A DNA stretch of 64,000 bases from Patescibacteria group bacterium. Its GTDB lineage: Bacteria > Patescibacteriota > Minisyncoccia > JACQLN01. Position 1 is the first letter of the stretch, and every line of letters starts with the position of its first letter. This document shows, piece by piece, positions 56,744-64,000 of the stretch. Both the position numbers and the translations under genes were made by a program. Where the stretch lies: assembly GCA_038065095.1 (NCBI GenBank), contig JBBTRR010000001.1, positions 29,652 through 93,651 on the forward strand, read 5' to 3'. Below the pieces are notes generated by a model. The model saw only the letters and a list, made by a program, of their open reading frames with translations, searched no databases and had not been told where the DNA came from.

Positions 56744-58606
56744 ATGATTACTAAAAATCAAAAAGAGGTGTTGAATTTTGTTAAAAGTTATCAAACCAAA
56801 CATGATTTCGCTCCTTCTCTGGAGGAGATTAAGAAAAAATTTAAACTTGCTTCTGTTTCTACCTCTCATTACTACATTAGAAAGCTTCAAGAGGCGGGGC
56901 AACTCCAAAAAGAATTTAATCAACCGCGCGCTGTTTCAACTACTAATAAAAAACAAACAATAGAAATACCAATCGTTGGCGCAATTGCCGCTGGGCAACC
57001 CATTAGGGCAATTGAAGTACAGAATGAAACAATTACTATCACTAAAGACGAAATAAGCAAACAAGGTAAACATTATGCCTTACGTGTTCAGGGTAATAGT
57101 ATGATAGAAGAAGGAATTTTTGACGGTGACATTGTGGTTATCCGTAAACAAGAAGTTGCCGAGAACGGGCAAACAGTGGTTGCAATTATTGATGAGGACG
57201 AAGCAACTCTAAAAAAGTTTTATCGTGAAAATAATAGGATTCGGCTTCAGCCAGCTAATCCAAGATTATTTCCAATTTATCGCGATGAGGTAGAAATTCG
57301 GGGCGTTGTTGTAAAAATTATTCGCAACCTTGAATTGCAGTTAGACAAAGAAAAATCAAAAGATAAATATGTGCGCCGAATAGATTCTTCTTGGGATTAT
57401 CGCGGAGAAAATACTAAAACCTATACACATGGTATTCACATCTATCCCGCAATGTTTATTCCGCAAGTGGCGCGAAGATTATTGGAGACATACAGTCAAG
57501 AGTACGATACAATTTGCGATATTTTTTGCGGTTCTGGCACAGCTTTGGTTGAAAGTAAATTGTTAAATAGGAGTGCCTATGGTATTGATCTAAACCCCTT
57601 GGCCATTTTCCTTGCCAAGGCGAAAACTACACCCATCAATCCTCAAAAATTAACAAGAACATATCTTTCTTTATTTGATAGAATTGGAAAAGTTACAGAT
57701 AGTGAGATTAAAAAACTCGATTTCAAAAATATTGGTTTTTGGTTTAAAGAAAAAGTTATTACTAAACTTTCAAAACTTAAAAAAGCTATCCAAGAAATTA
57801 AGGACGAAATAATTCGCGATTTTTTTATGGTCGCTTTTAGTGAAACAGTGCGCTATGCCTCAAACACAAAGACAGGCGAGTTTAAATTGGTAAGAATTAA
57901 GAGTGAAAAATTAGATAAACATGATCCCGATGTATTTGGAATTTTTCGAAAAAGGGCCGAGTCAAATATTGCAAAAATGGGTGAATTTTATAAAGATGCA
58001 AAAAAAGATGCTTGGACAAAAATAATTTACGGTGACTCGTCTAAAGATAATGGTATAAAACTAGCCTCTGTAGATTGCATAATTACCTCTCCGCCTTATG
58101 GAGATAGTCGAACAACGGTAGCTTACGGCCAGTTTTCGCGTCTTTCAGCCCAATGGGCCGATATTTTTGACAATCCGAATGATGCTTCTAGCATAGATAA
58201 CGAACTACTGGGCGGTAGAGCCTCAAAAACACTATCACATTCTTTGTCTTCGGATTATCTTAACGATTCATTAGACAATATTGCTAAAAAAGACGAAACG
58301 CGTGCCAAAGATGTTTTAAGTTTTTTTATTGGATTGAATGAGTGTTTAAAGCAAGCTCATAAAATATTAAAACCAAAAAAATATTTCTGTATTGTTATTG
58401 GTAATAGGTTAGTTAAACAAGTTCGTATCCCAACCGATTTTATAATCGCTGAGCTAGGAGAAAAAATCGGTTTTACTTGTGAGGATATTTTTGTTCGTAA
58501 TATTCCAGGCAAAAGAATGCCCATCAAAAACTCGCCTACAAACATTGTTGGAATACTTGAAGAAACGATGAACAAAGAAAGTATTGTTGTTTTAAGAAAA
58601 AACTAA
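56744..58606 (+). CDS. LexA (wHTH + S24 peptidase) fused to alpha-class DNA methyltransferase (FxGxG ... SPPY; N4C/N6A type)
   Basis: QKEVLNFV, DFAPSLEEIKKKF, cleavage site IAAGQP, RVQGNSM, ATLKKF, RLQPAN. Then DIFCGSGTALVE (motif I) and IITSPPYGDSRT (motif IV). Confidence 0.8.
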   Translation: MITKNQKEVLNFVKSYQTKHDFAPSLEEIKKKFKLASVSTSHYYIRKLQEAGQLQKEFNQPRAVSTTNKKQTIEIPIVGAIAAGQPIRAIEVQNETITITKDEISKQGKHYALRVQGNSMIEEGIFDGDIVVIRKQEVAENGQTVVAIIDEDEATLKKFYRENNRIRLQPANPRLFPIYRDEVEIRGVVVKIIRNLELQLDKEKSKDKYVRRIDSSWDYRGENTKTYTHGIHIYPAMFIPQVARRLLETYSQEYDTICDIFCGSGTALVESKLLNRSAYGIDLNPLAIFLAKAKTTPINPQKLTRTYLSLFDRIGKVTDSEIKKLDFKNIGFWFKEKVITKLSKLKKAIQEIKDEIIRDFFMVAFSETVRYASNTKTGEFKLVRIKSEKLDKHDPDVFGIFRKRAESNIAKMGEFYKDAKKDAWTKIIYGDSSKDNGIKLASVDCIITSPPYGDSRTTVAYGQFSRLSAQWADIFDNPNDASSIDNELLGGRASKTLSHSLSSDYLNDSLDNIAKKDETRAKDVLSFFIGLNECLKQAHKILKPKKYFCIVIGNRLVKQVRIPTDFIIAELGEKIGFTCEDIFVRNIPGKRMPIKNSPTNIVGILEETMNKESIVVLRKN

Positions 58607-59304
58607 AGGATTTTCTTATGAATCTTAAACAAAAGCGGTAAAAATTTTTCAGTCAGACGAAACGCAGAACCATGGTCGTGTGGTTGTCCTGCTTTTATTC
58701 CACTATGATAGACACCAAGACGAATATCGTATTTTGAATGGGCAAGAAATTTAGTCGGATCAATTTCTTTAAGGATATATGCGTCTTTGTAGTGAAAATA
58801 CTCGTGTCCGCTTTTATTTTTTGTTTCGGCTCGAACTAATATCAAGCCATTTCCTATTTTTTCTATCGCTTTCTGTTTCAAAAATGCCAGACTGTAATAT
58901 CCTAGAAGTTTTCCTTTTTTAAGAATAAGTAATTTTCCTTGCCCCTCATCAATAGTAGCTTGAAAACCCATACCATTTATTTTACCATCACTAATTGTTT
59001 GATGAAGAATTTTAATTTTAGGAAATTCTGAATCGGGATAACCAAAACGCTTTCTAATTTCAGAATTTGTGATACCTTCGGGGCTTTTAGTGAATAATGT
59101 CATCATGGAAATAGTATTGATTCTTTGAGACTTTAACTCCATTACACCGAAATCAGGTAGTGCAATATTATTTTCTGTAATTCCGAGATAATCCTCAAGA
59201 GTTTTTCCGATTCCAGTATTATGTTTTCGGTTTGATTTAATCCACCCCTTTTCTGAGAGTTCTTTTAAACCTTTCTTGATTTGAGTAAGTGTTCGTTTTT
59301 GCAT
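58603..59304 (-). CDS. putative Type II restriction endonuclease (MvaI/BcnI-like family, tentative)
   Basis: NTGIGKTLEDYLGI..N....PDFGVMELKS N-terminal pattern. 234 aa. Convergent 4-nt overlap with the MTase gene. The ORF-track N-terminal extension (to 59424) translates the tRNA and is rejected. Confidence 0.5.
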   Translation of the reverse strand: MQKRTLTQIKKGLKELSEKGWIKSNRKHNTGIGKTLEDYLGITENNIALPDFGVMELKSQRINTISMMTLFTKSPEGITNSEIRKRFGYPDSEFPKIKILHQTISDGKINGMGFQATIDEGQGKLLILKKGKLLGYYSLAFLKQKAIEKIGNGLILVRAETKNKSGHEYFHYKDAYILKEIDPTKFLAHSKYDIRLGVYHSGIKAGQPHDHGSAFRLTEKFLPLLFKIHKKIL

Positions 59305-59309
59305 CTTAT

Positions 59310-59394
59310 TGGTGGGCGAGGAGGGACTTGAACCCTCAAGCCTTTCGGCACACGATTTTGAGTCGTGCATGTTTGCCAATTTCATCACTCGCCC
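59310..59394 (-). tRNA. tRNA-Leu (anticodon CAA), long variable arm, encoded CCA
   Basis: Reverse complement reads GGGCGAGTGATGAAATTGGCAAACATGCACGACTCAAAATCGTGTGCCGAAAGGCTTGAGGGTTCAAGTCCCTCCTCGCCCACCA, with acceptor GGGCGAG/CTCGCCC and T-arm GAGGG-TTCAAGT-CCCTC. Confidence 0.75.
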
Positions 59395-59489
59395 AATATT
59401 TAGGTATTTTCTAGTAAAAAGCATTCATTGTCAATGCGGATTCCTTAAGGTAAAATGAATAGTATCTAATTAAGTAACTAAGTAATTTT

Positions 59490-60452
59490 GTGTCTAGAAC
59501 AATTTCTTTCGTTAACCAAAAAGGTGGTGTAGGAAAATCAACCAGCGTTATAAACGTTGGTGCGTTTTTAGCAGTACACGGTAAATCGGTTTTAGTGGTG
59601 GATCTTGACCCGCAAGCTAATACAACTTCGGGTATGGGTGTAGATCCATATCAAATAGAATGGAATTTGTATCATGTTTTAACAAATGGTTTGTTGCCCG
59701 AAGAGGCTATAAGAAAAACCGGTGTAGCTGGTTTGGATTTATTACCTTCTAGTACAAATTTGGCGGGTGCGGGGATAGAATTAGTAACTCAACCTAACAG
59801 AGAATTTCGTTTGCGCGAAGCCTTAAGCCGAGTTTCTACAAACTACGATTATGTTTTAATTGATTCACCTCCTTCGCTCGGTTTACTAACTATAAATGGT
59901 TTAGTTGCTTCCGATTATGTTGTTATTCCTGTACAATGCGAATATTACGCTTTGGAAGGTATTGGTCATCTTTTAAAAACTATAGAATTGATTCGCGATA
60001 ATCTTGGTCACAATGTTAGTGTGTTAGGCGCAGTCTTAACTATGTACGATAAGCGCAATCGCCTTAATCGTGATGTGGTAAAAGAAATGAGTAGAAATTT
60101 TCCAGGGCGTGTTTTTAATTCTATTATTCCTCGTTGTGTTTCTTTGGCCGAAGCGCCCTCGTTTGGTAAAACTATTTTGCAATATGATCTTTATTCCAAA
60201 GGTGGAAAAGCTTATAGACAGTTAGCCGAAGAAATACTAGGCTTAGAAAATGTTGGTGCGGTAGAAACTCCTGTTGTTAGCGAGGTTGCCGTTCAAGAAG
60301 AAAGTCAGGAAGAAAATATAAATAATGAGAATATAGATAATTTAGAACCAGAAAACGAAGTTGTAGTAACCGAGGCCAGTAATGATTTTGTTCAAACAGA
60401 AATTGTTACCACTTTGGTAGCGGAAGATAGTAATTCTCAATTATCAATTTAA
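59490..60452 (+). CDS. parA: ParA/Soj chromosome partitioning ATPase with acidic C-terminal tail
   Basis: ISFVNQKGGVGKST deviant Walker A, VDLDPQANTTSG. Confidence 0.85.
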   Translation: MSRTISFVNQKGGVGKSTSVINVGAFLAVHGKSVLVVDLDPQANTTSGMGVDPYQIEWNLYHVLTNGLLPEEAIRKTGVAGLDLLPSSTNLAGAGIELVTQPNREFRLREALSRVSTNYDYVLIDSPPSLGLLTINGLVASDYVVIPVQCEYYALEGIGHLLKTIELIRDNLGHNVSVLGAVLTMYDKRNRLNRDVVKEMSRNFPGRVFNSIIPRCVSLAEAPSFGKTILQYDLYSKGGKAYRQLAEEILGLENVGAVETPVVSEVAVQEESQEENINNENIDNLEPENEVVVTEASNDFVQTEIVTTLVAEDSNSQLSI

Positions 60453-60536
60453 CAATTTCCAATATATTTTCAATGATATAATTTTCAAACATTTAGTTTT
60501 GTAAATTGTAAATTGAAAATTGTAAATTAGACACAT

Positions 60537-61451
60537 ATGGCTTTAGGCAGAGGTTTGGAATCATTGATTCCACAAAAAAGGAACGAAGAAGTTTCTTCTC
60601 CAAAAGAACAAACTAGCTTTTCTGTTCCAGCAAAGAATGTTGCCACAACCGCAAGGCAAGAGAGTGTTTTTTATATTGAAATAGAAAAAATAAAACCAAA
60701 CCCTTATCAGCCTAGAAAAGAGTTTAACGAAGCCGAGCTTAATAGTTTGGCCGATTCCATGAAGCAGTACGGCATGCTTCAACCTCTTTTGGCTTCTAAG
60801 ATTGAGTTTGCTGTTTCCAGTGGAACCAAAGTTGAATACCAGTTAATAGCTGGTGAACGCCGTTTAAAAGCCGCGGGTATTGCGGGGCTTCGCCAAGTTC
60901 CGGTAATAATAAAAAATCCAGACAATGCTACAAAATTGGAAATAGCTTTAATAGAAAACGTCCAGCGCCAAAATCTAAATGCCATAGAAGAAGCTTTGGC
61001 TTATGAACGTTTAATGACTGAATTTAAATTAACCCAAATGGAGGTGGCTCAAAAAGTTGGCAAGAGCCGCGAGGTAGTTGCCAACAGGGTTCGTCTTTTA
61101 GATTTACCATACGAAGTTCAACGAAGTATTTCCGACGGAAAAATAAGCGAAGGTCATGCGAAGGTTTTGTTGGCTATTAAAAATTCCGAACGCCAAATAT
61201 TTTTAACTGACGAAATAATTAAAAAAACTTTATCGGTCCGCGAACTAGAAGATATTGTTCGTACCGACGAATCTTACAGGGCAAAAACAACAAAGGTAAG
61301 TGATCCGGAACTAGAAAACTATAAAAAAACAATTCAAGATACTTTGGGTACACCTGTTTCTTTTTCGGGTAACCGCGAAAAAGGTAAACTGGCTATCAGT
61401 TTTTATTCTCAAGAGGATTTAGATAGAGTAATTAAGCGTTTGACAATGTAG
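60537..61451 (+). CDS. parB: ParB/Spo0J partitioning protein
   Basis: LGRGLESLI, GERRLKAAGIAGL, HTH region. Confidence 0.85.
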   Translation: MALGRGLESLIPQKRNEEVSSPKEQTSFSVPAKNVATTARQESVFYIEIEKIKPNPYQPRKEFNEAELNSLADSMKQYGMLQPLLASKIEFAVSSGTKVEYQLIAGERRLKAAGIAGLRQVPVIIKNPDNATKLEIALIENVQRQNLNAIEEALAYERLMTEFKLTQMEVAQKVGKSREVVANRVRLLDLPYEVQRSISDGKISEGHAKVLLAIKNSERQIFLTDEIIKKTLSVRELEDIVRTDESYRAKTTKVSDPELENYKKTIQDTLGTPVSFSGNREKGKLAISFYSQEDLDRVIKRLTM

Positions 61452-61532
61452 GTATATTCTGATACAATATATCTAAGCTCAAATAGAGCCTAAATAGTAC
61501 CTCAAAAACCTTAATCGCAGGAGAAACTGGCT

Positions 61533-62366
61533 ATGGCTAAAAGCCCGGTCGGTAGTATGTCGGACTGGTCCGGCGTGCTCAAAGATTTTTTCCGTCAGGT
61601 TGACGATGGCAGTATCACGCTGGAGATGGTGAAGGCCTTCGTCGAACATCGGGTTGTGTCTGCTCTCGAAACTCTGCTGGAGACCACAAAAAAGAAACTC
61701 CAGAAGTTTTTCCGTGTAGACCTTGAACCCATGCCTGCTGAATTCACCGAAGAGAACTTGGCCAAGTGGGCCGAGTTCAACTTGAAGCCTGTCTATCTGC
61801 CGATGGAAGAAATCGGTGAAGACCGCAAACTGAAAAATTGGACCAAGCCCGAAAAATGGTTTTATCAGAAAATCGGAGAAGGCAAAGTTAACGCGGACAG
61901 TGCCAAGCTTCACCAAGGCTGGTATCTGGCCGATTTCACAGTCGGCACAGATTACACCGACGGCACGCAGGTGTTTCCGAACGACCCTCTCAATCCAATC
62001 ATCAAAAGATTGCGCGAAGAAGGGAAAATCGGAAAGTACGATAATACTCCGCTCGGTTCTCGCTTTGCCATTACCCACGACGAATGGCAGACAGTAGTTT
62101 GTCCTGCTGTGGCCGAATCACTTGGTTTCAAACCTACACAGGTTCGCTTGGAGCGATCCATTGAATTTAACGCGATCGGGAATATCTACGATCCCAATCG
62201 TGGCAGGTTCAATATGTGGGAGTGGTTCAGTGATAAATTTGAGGACTCCTACCAGCTTTGCAGTGGTCGCCGCGGGAGCGGTGGTCTGGCCCACGTCTTC
62301 TACAGTTGGTCTAGTCATCGCCTCGTCGACATAGCTGGTCGTCCTCTGGTGAGTTTCGTGAGTTAG
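61533..62366 (+). CDS. DGR target (variable) protein, C-terminal VR
   Basis: GC-rich ORF with GCAGGAGAAACTGGCT-ATG RBS. Its C-terminal ~40 codons align to the downstream TR, with differences concentrated at TR adenines. Confidence 0.65.
   Translation: MAKSPVGSMSDWSGVLKDFFRQVDDGSITLEMVKAFVEHRVVSALETLLETTKKKLQKFFRVDLEPMPAEFTEENLAKWAEFNLKPVYLPMEEIGEDRKLKNWTKPEKWFYQKIGEGKVNADSAKLHQGWYLADFTVGTDYTDGTQVFPNDPLNPIIKRLREEGKIGKYDNTPLGSRFAITHDEWQTVVCPAVAESLGFKPTQVRLERSIEFNAIGNIYDPNRGRFNMWEWFSDKFEDSYQLCSGRRGSGGLAHVFYSWSSHRLVDIAGRPLVSFVS
62235..62352 (+). other. DGR variable region (VR)
   Basis: Aligns to TR 62661-62778 with a constant offset of 426 nt. The 3' homology block CGTCCTCTGGT(G)AGTTTC is identical (IMH-like). 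Confidence 0.6.
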
Positions 62367-62384
62367 GTTCTTTTCCCCTTGGGC

Positions 62385-62412
62385 TTTGGCTCTTGGGATT
62401 TTCCCCCAACGC
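62385..62412 (+). other. GC-rich hairpin downstream of VR
   Basis: TTCCCCCAAC-GCAA-GTTGGGGGAT (8-bp GC stem, 4-nt loop) ~35 nt past the VR end, followed by a T-run. Confidence 0.6.
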
Positions 62413-62660
62413 AAGTTGGGGGATTTTTTTATTTTCACAAACTTGATAGAATTTTTCTTGAGTAAGCTAATGAAGAATAGATCAAGGTTTATTCTCGCAT
62501 TTACTCTCCTGTTTAAAACAGGAAATAACGAAACTCCTTGCTTTGGGCTAGATCGGGTGTCCTAAATTTGTGGGATTGCCGAGTAAAAAACTATCCGTGG
62601 GATGCGGATTTCAGAAAATATAGATTTATATTTTCGGTGATTATAGACGGCTTAAAGCAA

Positions 62661-62778
62661 AAATTCGAGGATTCCAACCAGCTTTACGGCGGTAACCGCG
62701 ATAACGATGGCTTGGCCAACGTCAACTACAACTGGTCTAGCAATCGCAACGACAATATAGCTGGCCGTCCTCTGGTAG
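62661..62778 (+). repeat. DGR template repeat (TR)
   Basis: Adenine-rich (many AAC codons in the VR frame). Homologous to the VR. Intergenic. Followed by hairpin AAGAGCACCT-TATTTTTT-AGGTGCTCTT at 62790-62818. Confidence 0.6.
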
Positions 62779-62825
62779 TTTCCAAACAAAAGAGCACCTT
62801 ATTTTTTAGGTGCTCTTTGTAAAAT

Positions 62826-63143
62826 TTAGTTTGATCTTATCCAGCCACCTAACATTCTGCCTATTTCCAAAACTTTTTCTTCAGCTATTAAATATTTTTT
62901 TATATTGATTGATTTGGTATCGTGAGCAAGGCGGACAAGATATTTTAACAAGTCAGTTTTATCGCTAGCCTTTCTTAAAGTTTCATCTTTTTGATGTTTG
63001 GGTTGGTAACTTGCTGAAAGTATTAATTCTAAAACCTCTAAAATAGTATTTTCAATTTTATTTCCCAGAGTAAAACGTTCCAGCTTTGGAAATGTTTTTA
63101 AACACTCGTGAAATAATTTATATAACTCACAAATCTTATGCAC
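62826..63143 (-). CDS. avd: Avd-like four-helix-bundle accessory protein (GTG start)
   Basis: FPKLERFTLGNKIENTILEVLELILSAS ... LKYLVRLAHD ... EIGRMLGGWI matches the four-helix-bundle/Avd family. Divergent from the RT. Confidence 0.65.
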   Translation of the reverse strand: MHKICELYKLFHECLKTFPKLERFTLGNKIENTILEVLELILSASYQPKHQKDETLRKASDKTDLLKYLVRLAHDTKSINIKKYLIAEEKVLEIGRMLGGWIRSN

Positions 63144-63162
63144 AATTGGTATTTCAACTCCG

Positions 63163-64000
63163 TTGGGGGGGGGCTTTAATGGTAAAGTTTTCCATAATAT
63201 TTTTGAAAAGATTATTGGCTTAGAAAACTTATTTTTAGCTTGGCGCGAATTTAAGCGTGGTAAGAAAAAGCGTTTAGATGTTCAAGAATTTGAGTTTAAC
63301 CTAGAAGATAATTTGTTTCAATTGCGTAACGAACTAAAGAATAAAATCTACCAACACAATAAATACATTCCTTTTTATGTAACCGACCCAAAGTTAAGAC
63401 ATATACATAAGGCTACAGTTCGGGATAGAGTTTTACATCAAGCCGTGTTTAGAGTTCTTTACCCAATCTTTGATAAAAATTTTATATTTGATTCTTATTC
63501 TTGCCGAATAAACAAAGGCACGCATAGAGCAATTACCAGATTAGAAAGTTTTTGCCATAAATTAAGCCAAAACAACAGTAAAACTATTTTCGCCTTAAAG
63601 TGTGATATTAAAAAGTTCTTTGATTCTATAGATCAAAATATTCTAGCTAGTTTGATACAAGCAAAAGTTAAAGACGATAATGCTACGTGGCTTGTAGACG
63701 TGATTATCAAAAGCTTCCCCAAAGGTTTACCCTTGGGCAATGTAACCAGTCAATTGTTTGCCAATATTTATCTTAACGAACTAGACCAATTTATTAAACA
63801 TAAATTAAAAGAAAAGTACTACATTCGTTATTGTGATGATTTTATTATTTTGGGTGAGAACCTGAACGTCTTGCAGAGATTATCAAAAAAGATAGATGAG
63901 TTTTTGGGAAAGAGTTTAAAGCTATCCTTGCATCCCAATAAAATTATCATGCGTAAATATATACAGGGCATAGATTTTCTGGGTTATGTGATTTTGCCGA
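63163..64000 (+). CDS. DGR-type reverse transcriptase, 3'-truncated by window edge (start codon uncertain)
   Basis: LPLGNVTSQLFANIYLNELD (DGR hallmark IGxxxSQ in place of the group II QGxxSP). YIRYCDDFIILG (YxDD). RT motifs 1-5 in order. Confidence 0.8.
   Translation, partial: MGGGFNGKVFHNIFEKIIGLENLFLAWREFKRGKKKRLDVQEFEFNLEDNLFQLRNELKNKIYQHNKYIPFYVTDPKLRHIHKATVRDRVLHQAVFRVLYPIFDKNFIFDSYSCRINKGTHRAITRLESFCHKLSQNNSKTIFALKCDIKKFFDSIDQNILASLIQAKVKDDNATWLVDVIIKSFPKGLPLGNVTSQLFANIYLNELDQFIKHKLKEKYYIRYCDDFIILGENLNVLQRLSKKIDEFLGKSLKLSLHPNKIIMRKYIQGIDFLGYVILP
63165..63173 (+). repeat. G9 homopolymeric tract at the RT 5' end
   Basis: CCGTTGGGGGGGGGCTTT. Separates an out-of-frame ATG (63138) from the RT reading frame. 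Confidence 0.8.

Noticed and set aside
59305-59424. N-terminal 40 aa of the REase ORF call.
   Set aside because: This segment is the tRNA-Leu gene read in frame. The start was reassigned to ATG 59304.
61479-62438. Minus-strand ORFs of 199 aa, 106 aa, 69 aa and others inside the DGR target gene.
   Set aside because: Shadow ORFs produced by the GC-rich sense gene. The plus-strand ORF has the RBS, and the VR/TR relationship is in its frame.
1-64000. CRISPR arrays, rRNA genes, IS elements with transposase genes.
   Set aside because: No regularly spaced direct repeats with unique spacers, no rRNA-like conserved stretches, and no transposase- or integrase-like ORFs were seen.

Overview
This is an AT-rich (about 35% GC), gene-dense bacterial chromosomal segment that uses the standard code (TGA is a stop). 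From its content and composition it probably comes from a small-genome organism (Patescibacteria/CPR-like); that placement is inference. The backbone is housekeeping. It includes a 5'-truncated Mur ligase, rnhB, a beta-CASP RNase, a family-4 UDG, PolX, a small MGMT-like protein, the infC-rpmI-rplT operon, tmRNA plus smpB, and ileS, glyS, metG, leuS, tsaC, glyA, tatD, a recO-like gene and parA/parB. Layered on this backbone are accessory and unusual elements. (1) Two paralogous proteins in which a complete LexA module (winged-helix DNA-binding domain plus S24 autopeptidase with intact Ala-Gly site and Ser/Lys dyad) is fused to a DNA methyltransferase. One is paired with an EndoVII/HNH-like nuclease and the other with an MvaI/BcnI-like restriction endonuclease next to tRNA-Leu. 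(2) A diversity-generating retroelement at the 3' edge: a GC-rich target gene with a C-terminal VR, a GC hairpin, a TR, an Avd-like four-helix-bundle gene on the opposite strand, and a 3'-truncated DGR-type RT with the IGxxxSQ motif, plus a G9 homopolymer at the RT start. (3) A second, stand-alone Avd-like gene followed by a roughly 420-nt GC-rich, highly structured candidate ncRNA with a consensus promoter and terminator. (4) A six-copy family of long imperfect hairpin repeats just outside gene ends, showing compensatory stem changes. (5) A histidine-phosphatase (PGAM) domain inserted inside IleRS. (6) A HicB/HicA cassette between duplicated paralog 5' ends. (7) A GC-rich ATP-grasp gene followed by DmpA-like peptidase and Asp/Glu racemase genes. 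(8) A copper/metal homeostasis island (csoR, copA and accessory membrane or periplasmic proteins). No CRISPR array or rRNA was seen.
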